From Octopus vulgaris (Eukaryota): 64,000 bases of DNA. The stretch spans positions 7,254,001 to 7,318,000 of the forward strand of contig OX597835.1 in the NCBI GenBank assembly GCA_951406725.2. Direction: 5' to 3'. The stretch's first letter is position 1, and the number at the start of each line of letters is the position of its first letter. The notes under the pieces were generated by a model. The model did not search any database and had not been told where the DNA came from. It worked only from the letters and a program-made list of their open reading frames with translations. Shown piece after piece: positions 53,792-64,000 of this stretch. Made by a program: the position numbers and the translations under genes.

Positions 53792-54390
53792 GTAGAGGAC
53801 ACATCGAAGCACTCAAGAAATTTGAGACATGAAAAATAAGGAAAACAATGATGAAAAACAAAAGACCGGTTACCAATAAGCATATAACAAAATATATTCC
53901 GTTATAAAAATATATATAAAAATATATACAATTACAATATATAGATATATAAATACATTAAAGATACATTCAACTATATAAATGTAACGGGACAAATGCA
54001 CTAAGAATGTGATACGATTATACAAATATATAGTCCTACTTACAATGATATTAAAAATATATAAATAGAATGGTTGGGGTATAAAATAGGTGTAGAATGT
54101 TATAAATCTATATGGAAGGTTGTAAGTCCTTAAGGTCCGACGGCCGTTTCTAGTGCCATATTGGTTGAAACATATAATAGATTTTAAAGTCCATTAATTC
54201 ATACAAGCGCTTCCTTCTTCAGGGACGTTTCCAAGTTATAAGTTTATATTTGCTAGGCTAATGTGGTAGCTTTCAAAGCTGACAAACTTTATAAAGAGAT
54301 ACACTTATCATTTGCGGGGCGCTGTCGGTGGTGTTGGACGTGGGTTTTTCTTTGGGGGGGGGGAAATAGTAGGAGGGGAGAGTATAATAC
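53792..54390 (-). mobile_element. Penelope-like pseudo-LTR with hammerhead
   Basis: AT-rich unit with the motif at 54135-54226; same layout as 6032-6755. Confidence 0.55.
54135..54226 (-). ncRNA. minimal type-I hammerhead, canonical core, long loop 2
   Basis: GTCC-CTGAAGA-[65 nt, imperfect stem II]-GAAA-CGGCCG-TC-GGAC; GUC site, palindromic stem III. Confidence 0.7.
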
Positions 54391-54497
54391 TATTAAGACG
54401 AACCTATTAATAATTTAGATGTCATAATTTGAGATAGGGCTATTTTCATTTGTGCGTAATTTAGACGGGACATTATACACCGCACCCTGAACGTATA

Positions 54498-54528
<31 letters not shown>

Positions 54529-54529
54529 G

Positions 54530-54686
<157 letters not shown>

Positions 54687-55785
54687 GTATGTGTGTGTAT
54701 ATGTATGTATATACACAGAACAATAGAATGATATCAGCAACGATTAGTACAAACTACAATACAAAAACACCAACATAAGTGGCCATATAACAGCAGAGTG
54801 ATCGTCCCACTCACCCCCGACACCCACAAACACAGCCCTCTCTCTCTCTCACTCTCTCTCTCTCCTTCCCTCACTTTCTCTCTTTCTCACTCCTCTCTTT
54901 CTCTCTCTCTTTATCTTTCTCCCTGTCTCTGTTTCTCTGTCTCTGTCTCTGTCTCTCTCTCTTTCCAGTATTTCGAATATATGTCAACGAACGGAAGGTG
55001 GGATCTGACAGCCTCCAAGGAAACAGACAAACCGCGCGAGGAAAGAGATTCGGTCAGAAAACCATGCTGAAACACCGGCGATCTTCAGTTAAAAGCCAGC
55101 AGTACTTCGCTTCACCAACACTGCAGAAAAGGACACAGCACACACACAAACGCACGCACACACACACACAGACACACACACACATCACACAGTACAGTCT
55201 GGTTTACAGACATATACACACTCTCATTCGCACATACTCTATCACTCTCACATACACACACAACACACTCACATTTGCGCACACATATACACGTCCGCAT
55301 GCACACAAACACACACTCACATACGTTCGCACAAACACGCACACACATTGGCGCACATGCACACACAGGTACGTTTGCACACACACACACACACACGCAC
55401 CACAATACACATGCGCACACATAAACACATAGCATACAGCGCGCACACACACACACACACACGCACCACAATACACATGCGCACACATAAACACATAGCA
55501 CACAGCGCGCACACACACACACACATACACACACGCACACACTCACACTGGCACACACACACACACTCACACACTCACACAATCGCACACACAGACACAC
55601 ACATACACGTTCGCACACACAGACACACACACACACACGTTCGCACACACATACACATACTCATGGAAATTGAAATAATTGGCACATCACGTATGAATTA
55701 AAACCGACGAATCAGTGATCCGACACAGCTAAGAGTACACACGGGTATCATATGCCTAGTCTCTTCTCTCCTTTCTCTAGATGCG

Positions 55786-56245
55786 TCTCAGTCATTAGAC
55801 TGTGGCCATGCTGGGGCACCCCTCGAAGAACTTTACTCGAACGAGTCAACTCCTGTATTTATTTCTTTTTCCTTCTTTTTTAAAGCCAGGTATTTATTCA
55901 AACTTTGTCTTTTGTCAAACCGCTGGTTTATAGGGACGTAAACACACCAACACCGGTTGTCAAGCGGTAGTGGACAACAAAAAGGCGGCGAGCTGGCAGA
56001 AACGTTAGCACGCCGGGCGAAATGCTTAGCGGTATTTCGTCTGCGTTCAAATTTCGTCTGAGTTCAAATTCCGCCGAGGTCGACTTTGCCTTTCATCCTT
56101 TCGGGGTCGATCAATTAAGTACCAGTTACACACTGGGGTCCATGTAATCGACTTAATACCTATGTCTGTCCTTGTTTGTCCCCCTCTGTGTTTAGCCCCT
56201 TGTGGGTAATAAAGAAATAGGTAGTGGACAACAAACACAGACACC
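55786..56245 (-). mobile_element. SINE family M 3' half interrupted by SINE N
   Basis: cagtcattagactgtggccatgc...ggacgtaaacacacc; resumes with aaacacagacac after the insert. Confidence 0.75.
55984..56219 (+). mobile_element. SINE family N, nested
   Basis: 16-bp TSD ggtagtggacaacaaa at 55966-55981 and 56220-56235. Confidence 0.92.
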
Positions 56246-56302
56246 AAGAAGACAGTCACGCACAGAAATATGTGGCGTGGGTGGGTGGGGGGGGGGGGGT
56301 TG

Positions 56303-56599
56303 AGGACGCATGGCCAAGCCGTTAGAGTATTGCACGCACGATCTTGCGATCGTGCGTTCAATTCGTAGTCAGGCTAGTGCGTTGTGTTCTTGAGCAAAAC
56401 GCTTCCTCTCACTTTTCTCTGCGATCACTTTGACACCTGAAGCGTGGCACAACGTGCACCTGTTCAGGTGACATCGATTTGATGGAGGAAGTGCACTTTA
56501 TGTGCGGCACGAACATTTGATCGCTTTTAACGAATCCTTTGTGAAGATCGTTCGGCAAAAGCTGATTGGTCATATGTCGTCTTTGATGGGAGAGCCCAT

Positions 56600-56600
<1 letters not shown>
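56303..56600 (+). mobile_element. diverged tRNA-derived SINE
   Basis: gcatggccaagccgttagag...gttcaatt...gttgtgttcttgagcaa, head similar to 16888. Confidence 0.6.
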
Positions 56601-56661
<61 letters not shown>

Positions 56662-56916
56662 CACACACACACACACACGTGTGTATGTATGTGTGTGTAA
56701 GAGAAAGAGAGCGCGAGAGAGAAAGAGAGAGCGTGTGTGTGTATTCATACGACGAGCTTCTTTCACTTTCCGCCTGCCAAATCTACTCACAAGGCTTTGA
56801 TCGGCCCGAGGCTACAATAGAAGGCACTTATCTAAGGTGCCATGCAACGAGACTGGACCCACATTCTCACATTTTTTCTATGTATGTATGTATGTATGTA
56901 CGTATCTATATATGAG

Positions 56917-57044
56917 CGAGGGGTTAATGAAAAGCTTTGAGACTTCAAGGCCTTTGAGCCTTGAAGTCTTGTACCTTCATCAGAAGTCTTGTACCACGTT
57001 TTGTGTTTTTTGAAGCTGAAGACATTTCCTTCGTACACCCCTCG
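56917..57044. mobile_element. tiny mariner-type MITE
   Basis: cgagggg ... cccctcg-ta ends; internal hairpin agacttcaaggc/gccttgaagtct. Confidence 0.5.
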
Positions 57045-57537
57045 TATAATCGATGATCATCGATCAGGTAGTTCAACCTAATACATAATACCAATAATTG
57101 GAAGAAGACCAGTATATCTGGCAAGCATTATGAACATTCCTCAACCAAAATTTTATCGATCGCCACTGATCAAAATTCCAGTAATATTCATTTCAACCCT
57201 CAGGTTATATCACGAGGTCAGATTATATCTCACCTGATACCAATTATCTCTCTCTACCTTCGTTCGATTATACGCGCACCAACTCGATTAAAACACTGCC
57301 TGTAGCGAATTCTCATTTAGGCAGCTATGACGTCTATGCTTTTTTTTAGTTGCAGTTCCAAGTTGGAGTTCAGGCAGCAAATCAGCGTGGGCATTAATTC
57401 TATGTGCCCATATTATCTAACGTCCTGGCTGCATGGGAAGAATTTTGTTTCCCAACCAGATGGTTCCTGGTTCGGTAAATGTCACCTTCTGCTATAGCGT
57501 TGTGAGTGGAGTTAGTAGAAGGAAACTGGAAGTCATT

Positions 57538-57574
<37 letters not shown>

Positions 57575-57621
57575 CGATTTATTCGTGATCAGAGTTGATC
57601 GAAGATCGAGGTACTACTATG

Positions 57622-57661
<40 letters not shown>

Positions 57662-57684
57662 AATGTGTGTACATATATTTATAA

Positions 57685-57733
<49 letters not shown>

Positions 57734-58181
57734 CATATATTATATATATATATACATACATATATATTATATATATACATGCATATATATATATACACAT
57801 ATGTATTTATATATAATCTATACACACACATATATATGTATACACATATATGTATGTGTGTATATGTATATATATATATATATAAACTTATACCATATAC
57901 ATATGTATATATTTATATATATTTATATATATATAGAAAGAGAGAGATAGAGTGAGAGAGAGAGACAGACAGACAGACAGACAAACAGAGATAGATAGAT
58001 AGATCCATATATACGTACATATATACATACATATAAGAGGGATGACCTGTAAATGGGCATCTATTAGGCTAGAAGAAGATCCGCTATGGTCTTACCATTA
58101 GGATTGTTCAATATGCTAGACCACTGGTTTTAAATTGATATTAATCAAGTTAATATTAAATTTTTCACCCTTATTGTTTGA

Positions 58182-58213
<32 letters not shown>

Positions 58214-58261
58214 TAGAGAGAGAGGCAGATGTATGTATGTATATATATATATACGTTAATT

Positions 58262-58582
58262 TCACGTGAAATTAACGTGCAAGTGGCTGAGCACTCCACA
58301 GACACGTGTACCCTTAACGTAGTTCTCGGGGAGATTCAGCGTGACACAGAGAGTGACAAGGCCGGCCCTTTGAAATACAGGTACAACAGAAACAGGAAGT
58401 AAGAGTGAGAGAAAGTTGTGGTGAAAGAGTACAGCAGGGATCACCACCATCCCTGACGCAGCCTCGTGGAGCTTTAGGTTTTTTCGCTCAATAAACACTC
58501 ACAACGCCCAGTCTGGGAATCGAAACCGCGATTCTACGACCGCGATTCCGCTGCCCTAACCACTGGGCCATTGTGCCTCCAC
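58262..58582 (-). mobile_element. tRNA(Arg)-like-head SINE, 3'-truncated
   Basis: high similarity to 13898-14259. Confidence 0.9.
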
Positions 58583-58748
58583 ATATATATATATATATGT
58601 ATGTATGTATATGTTCTAGAAAACCAGTTCGAATCGGTACAGTCAAATAGTCTTTTGCCAGCAATCTATTGGATCAGAGTTGATTTGGTGTTAAACAAGA
58701 ATAACAAAGAATTAGCAGAACAACAGTCCAAATCATGAATGAGATCCG

Positions 58749-59068
58749 TGTTGGAATATACCATTTCAATTATTTAAAGAACTTCAACAACAACAACAAC
58801 AACAACAACAATAAATGACATAAACCGGTATATATTTCGCTTCCTGACAGTCCGTATACATTGAAAGACCGCCGACAGATCAGCAAAATTGCTTACAAAA
58901 TTAAACTTTACATGACCTTGCAATAACGACTCCGTAACTTTTTATTGAATCCAGGCAAGGACAAGAACAGCATGTGTATAAAACTAGCATCAATGGTCTC
59001 ATTAACAGAAATATTCTGAGATTCACACAAGACGATAGAAGCACGCAGTTACAGCAAATATTCCAACA
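58749..59068. mobile_element. candidate solo LTR or TIR element
   Basis: TG...CA ends with 11-bp inverted termini tgttggaatat / atattccaaca; no TSD seen. Confidence 0.35.
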
Positions 59069-59217
59069 TGGTTCCTGCGTCCGCTATGGCCGCCATCCAA
59101 AGCTACAGAGTTTTCACGAACAAATCTAAACAGCAGAGAATATAATGATTGAATTTATGCAAGAAAGTATTGAATTTTATAGAGTAAGTCACAACACGTC
59201 GAAGTTATGGACGTCAA

Positions 59218-59345
59218 CTAGAGCCAAGATGTTCTCAACAGGGATCCATATGACACCTGGGGGTCCATATAAGATTTTTGGGGTCCACATTGGCAAATTA
59301 ATAAATTGGGGATCCACAATAGTATTTTAAGGGTCCCAGGAAAAT
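59218..59345. mobile_element. hAT-like MITE end
   Basis: ctagag...gttctcaac followed by repeated ggg(g/a)tcca subterminal motifs. Confidence 0.5.
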
Positions 59346-59695
59346 TTTAATTCAAGCAGGAGACACGCTGCCATGTCATATTCACTTTCGGGTGACAGCT
59401 GCGATGTGACTGCTTTTTCGTTTCTGTTACCTTCTACTTTCCATACATAGAGCTCCATCAGGTGAGGCCCACATCTACGATAACGCATTTCCCAAAAAAA
59501 CAAAAACCGAAAAAAAACAAAACAAAAAATCACAAAACAAAAAATAACATTGCGCATAATGCAAATATTTAATGAAGCTTACAAATCAATGGTTTATGTC
59601 GTTTATATATTTTTCAAGGAAATTATCGATTTCTTTTTTGTTTTTTGCTTATCTAAAACCAGATAATATATCGTTTGTATTATTTATACTATTCA

Positions 59696-59905
59696 GACGG
59701 CGAGCAAATAAAATTATCGGTGCGTAGAACAAAATTCTCTGCAGCATTTCGTCTGGCTTTATGTTCTGCGTTCAAATGCCTCCGAGATGAACTCTACCTT
59801 TCATCATCCTTTGGGAGTGGGGGTGGGCAATAAAGTAGAGTACCACTAATCGACTATCCCCGCCCCTCCACTAAAATTTCAGACCTTATGCCTATTGTAG
59901 AAAGG
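59696..59905 (+). mobile_element. SINE family N, diverged
   Basis: ggcgagc...gttcaaat...cctttcatc. Confidence 0.6.
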
Positions 59906-59934
59906 TTTGTTATTATTATTATTATTATTATTTA

Positions 59935-60328
59935 TGGGTTTTTCTTCTTTCAAATTTGCTTCCATTTCTTGCCGAGTGTCTTCCTGACTCCTAGGGCAAA
60001 GAAACTCATAGTATACATTGGTAGGCCATTAAACTAAACTCACTAGTTCGTTCCTTTTTTTTTCTTTTTGATAGAAATAAAATAAAATTAAAATACATGG
60101 GTAGTAATAGTTCTCACATCGACAATGCTCTTCTCAATACGTGTGATGTACCAGTTAAGACAATCTTTTGCACTTCTTGCGGGGATGGTAAGCCAGGGAT
60201 CATTCTCATATAATTTTCGGTTCCCTTCTTGATCATTCCTAGTGCTCCTACGATCACTGGTATTGTAACCGCCTTGAGATGCCACATTTTCTCAATTTCA
60301 ATGAGCAGGTCTTTATATTTTCTATATA
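59935..60328 (-). mobile_element. R4/Dong-type LINE 3' fragment (same family as 29025-29492)
   Basis: RKYKDLLIEIEKMWHLKAVTIPVIVGALG...LRRALSM; (TAA)n on both sides. Confidence 0.88.
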
Positions 60329-60343
60329 TGATTATTATTATTA

Positions 60344-60417
<74 letters not shown>

Positions 60418-60418
60418 G

Positions 60419-60622
60419 AGGCGGCAAGTTGAGTCAGAACTCCACATAAAATGTTAAACGTCATTTTTTTGCGGTTTTACGCTCTGAGATCAAGTGTCAC
60501 CGTGGTTGACTTTGCCTTTCATCCTTTGGAGACCGATATAATAAAGTACCAGTCAAGAACTGAGGCCGATGCTATCGACTTAGCACTTCCCCTCAAAATT
60601 GCTAGCCTTGTACCAAAATTTA
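60419..60622 (+). mobile_element. SINE family N, diverged
   Basis: gactttgcctttcatccttt...aagtaccagt. Confidence 0.7.
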
Positions 60623-60959
60623 AGCTGTGAATGTGTGTGAGTGTGTGTGTGTGTGGGGGGGTAAGAATAACAGACGGATTGGTTACCTGGTATTGCTACA
60701 ATTGCTCCGTTAAGAGCCTTTATTATAACTTAAACACGGTGGAATCAGCTATGCAATGTGCAAAACTTCAATAGTGTTACATAATATGTCAGACAACTCG
60801 CAACTCATCAGGTTTACCAAATAAATAAGCCACCAGTTACATATTGATCAATCAACAAATCAACCAAATATACGTGTGCGTGAGTGTGTGTGTGTGAAAA
60901 AGAGGAAGAGAGGGGTTCGCATCTATATGTGTGTATGTATGTTTATAAGTATGAATACA

Positions 60960-61040
60960 TAGGCGTGGGAATGGCTCTGTGATAAGTAGCTTGCTTACGA
61001 ACTACATGGTTCCGGGTTCAGTCCCACTGCGTGGTACCTC
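60960..61040 (+). mobile_element. SINE family M head
   Basis: aggcgtggga.tggct.tgtgataagtagc...ggttcagtcccactgcgtgg. Confidence 0.8.
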
Positions 61041-61041
61041 G

Positions 61042-61099
<58 letters not shown>

Positions 61100-61149
61100 T
61101 ATGTATGTGTGTGTATATGTGTGTGTCTGTGTTTGTAACCCCAAAATCG

Positions 61150-61362
61150 CTTGTGACCTCGTGACCTTGTGAGTACCACTGGCGATTTTTTTCCTCTGTC
61201 TTCCCTTCTCGGGATCTTTCCTTCTCCTTTGTTTCCGACGAAGAGTTCCGCTCGAAACGTTAAACCCCCCTTCTTCCCTTCTTTCCTGAGCGTCCAATAA
61301 TACTCTATTTGTTCCACGTCCTTGCGTTGTTGTGTTTTTTTGTTTTCTTGTTTGGATTAACT
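61150..61362 (+). mobile_element. ~200-bp Penelope-like element with hammerhead
   Basis: related copy of 39630-39835; ends in (TA)n. Confidence 0.7.
61231..61265 (+). ncRNA. minimal type-I hammerhead, CCGACGA core
   Basis: GTTT-CCGACGA-a-GAGT-tcc-GCTC-GAAA-CG-TT-AAAC. Confidence 0.65.
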
Positions 61363-61379
61363 ATATATATATATATGTA

Positions 61380-61860
61380 CACTTGACTTCTTATTTCTAT
61401 ACCTATGATGTTTAAAAAATCTAGAAACAGATATTCGTCTTTACGATATTTATGTCTTAAACCTCGAATCTTGCTAATCCAAACTGAATTAAATCGGTTC
61501 GAGGAAAACATGAAACCCTGATTCTGAAATTCAATGTGCCGAAGGTTCCGAAGAAGAATCAATAATTCCTTATTACAGAGAGACTGAATGGACTAAATGA
61601 CTTTTATGTTGGCGGTGTGCATCTCTCTTGAAGTCTTCGTTTTAAATTCTTCTGGGATTGACTTCAAATTGTATTGCAAAGTAATCGATAGCGTAACAGC
61701 CATTTATTGGTGATGCCTTTCTTAAATGATTCACCGATTTCCCTCTAATGTCTCGGATTTTACCAATATAGGAATAACATCTATCATTACTCCAAGCAGA
61801 AATAAAGAATTTTACCTAATTAGAAGGTAGGACAAGAGACGTTTTGTTGACATGTTTACG
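61380..61860 (-). mobile_element. possible decayed Penelope GIY-YIG remnant
   Basis: CYSYIGK, SLCNKELLIL and RHKYRK patches in the expected order; weak. Confidence 0.35.
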
Positions 61861-62032
61861 CATAGATAGATAGATGTGTGTGTGTGTGTGTGTGTGTGTA
61901 TACACACGCACACACACACATATATATATATTGATAGATTGATACTCACACACATACATATAACAGCTAAAATATGTCACAAACATACTTGAAATAACCT
62001 AAGGTTTATTTATCTCTTTCTCTCTCTCTCTC

Positions 62033-62100
<68 letters not shown>

Positions 62101-62216
62101 CAATTTATATAAATAAGGATAAGATCGTTAATTTAAAATAAAATAAGGAACTTATCAAGTGGCCAGCATGGAAAAAAATAACCTTCAAAGGTATTAATTA
62201 TTAAAATTATACCCTA

Positions 62217-62279
<63 letters not shown>

Positions 62280-62647
62280 CTAGCAGTATCGCCCGGCGTT
62301 GCTCAGGTTTGTAAGGGAAATAACTATAAAGCATTTTTAGAGAGTTATAGTCAAAAAATAGCAAAAACATGGAATAAAATGATGGTAAATTTTTTTTTGA
62401 GATTTAAAAAAAGGTGGAGTTTGTGGTTTGTGTTTCTGATTCTCGACCCCATGTCGAATTTATCGATTTTTTTTCAGAACTGGGGGAACTTTTCAAAATT
62501 TTCGCTGCGTTAGTTTTGAATTATGACATTGGGCTATGTGTGTGTCAAGTTTCATCAGAATCGGTTGAAAGCCGTGGTCAGGGTGAGGGTACAAGCAAAC
62601 AGACACACAGAAACACGCACAGACAAACTGCCGTTTATATATAGAGA
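62280..62647 (-). mobile_element. non-autonomous Helitron
   Basis: minus 5' TCTCTATATATAAA, 3' hairpin + CTAG; last ~90 bp shared with 33847-34236. Confidence 0.85.
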
Positions 62648-62977
62648 TATATATATATATATATATATATATCACTTTTAAGTTATCTCTATAGGTATTC
62701 TATAGAACTGAGTGCCATTGCGATCGAAGATTGAAAAATAGGTAAGTGGGGCATATGCATATTTTGGGAGTTACCTAGTTTTCTCTCCACGGTCGCATTG
62801 CTTACAATGGTGTATTCGTATGCAGAACGTCGCAATTTACAGTGCTGGCTCTAAATTCCATAGAGTATCGATAGAAATACTAAACCGAGTGTCTTTGCAC
62901 CCAGTATTCTAATGAGTCTACTAATTCGCCACCCTATTATGACAGCTGCCTATACTTTGATTCATTTATCTCTTTGG

Positions 62978-63153
62978 TTCTCTCATTTCACTGCGGCCAA
63001 ACTGGAGCACGGCATTGAAAGGCTTTTGACGAACAAATCGACCCCAGAAATCATTTATTAAGCTTAGTAATTTTTTTCTCTCGTTCTCCTTTTTCCGAAC
63101 CGTTAAGTTACAGGGACGTAAAGATAATAATGATGATAATAATAATAATAATA

Positions 63154-63206
<53 letters not shown>

Positions 63207-63330
63207 AATAATAATAATAATAATGATAATAATAATAATAATGATAATAATAATAATGATGATGATGATGATGATCATAATAATAATAATAATAATAATG
63301 ATAATAATAACAATAATTATAATAATAATG

Positions 63331-63377
<47 letters not shown>

Positions 63378-63720
63378 GATTTCTTTGTTAATAACTAGAG
63401 ATTCACAAAAGACCCTAAGGACGGTACAGCTCAATCACATGTGGGGTTAGATGAAATGAAACGTGTAAGCAGTGGAAGCCTGTACCGGTTGTCAAGCGGA
63501 GATGGTATGACAAATACAGACTCACACACACACATACACAATGGGCTTCTTTCAGTTTCCGTCTCCCAAATCCACTCACCAGGCTTTGGACGGCACGTGG
63601 CTATAGTAGAAGACACTCAAGTTGCCCTGCAGTGGGACTGAAACCGGAACCGTGGTGGTTCGGAAGCAGACATCCCAACCGTGTGGTTGGGAAGTCTTAC
63701 CACACAGCCACCCCTGCGCA
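62978..63720 (-). mobile_element. diverged SINE family M split by a (TAA/TGA)n expansion
   Basis: tail 62978-63120, array 63122-63378, head 63480-63720. Confidence 0.75.
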
Positions 63721-64000
63721 TATACAGTGCAATAATTTAATAAGACAACAGATCATTTCATTCCCTTCCCCCGCTGTCGAGTCGTGTCCAAGAACGAATT
63801 TCTTCATATTACAAGCATCCACTGGACAACATGGCGATTACACGTCAAAACGAATAACGAATGGCGTCGAGATGCACAGAAGACGGTATATGACAACAGT
63901 CTATGGGGACCTGCTTTGACGACCTTGACAAGGAGATCAAGCCAAAGACTTCACCATTAATTATGGACCACTCTTTGTCTTTAAAAGCCATTTCGATTCT

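Noticed and set aside
54965-55135. Strong minus-strand acceptor (tccttttctgcag) near 55121
   Set aside because: All three frames hit stops quickly and no convincing donor was seen
63760-64000. LPPLSSRVQER-like patch
   Set aside because: Only weak resemblance to an RTE C-terminus and cut by the window edge

Overview
AT-rich, repeat-saturated eukaryotic DNA with no recognisable host protein-coding exon. The mix of (TA)n/(CA)n/(TATG)n/(TAA)n microsatellites and SINE families suggests an octopus genome (inference from recall, no search run). Nearly all listed ORFs are microsatellite translations. Supported content: three main tRNA-derived SINE families (tens of copies, several with TSDs and nesting); (TAA)n-embedded R4/Dong-type LINE fragments; CR1, RTE and L1/Tx1-like fragments; Penelope-like remnants; maT/mariner, Tigger, Tc1-MITE and hAT-MITE remnants; two non-autonomous Helitrons. 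The most interesting signals are: (1) short elements in (TA)n tracts carrying minimal type-I hammerhead ribozyme motifs from several unrelated families, with variant cores, long loop-2 inserts and fold-back ends; (2) a CpG-rich unique segment near 49.1-49.3 kb with four CACGTG E-boxes in 190 bp, a candidate clock/bHLH enhancer; (3) a ~4 kb fold-back at 9.6-13.6 kb whose second arm is a deletion-riddled mirror copy, probably a long-read assembly artefact. Boundaries were read by eye and are approximate unless a TSD or TIR is quoted.
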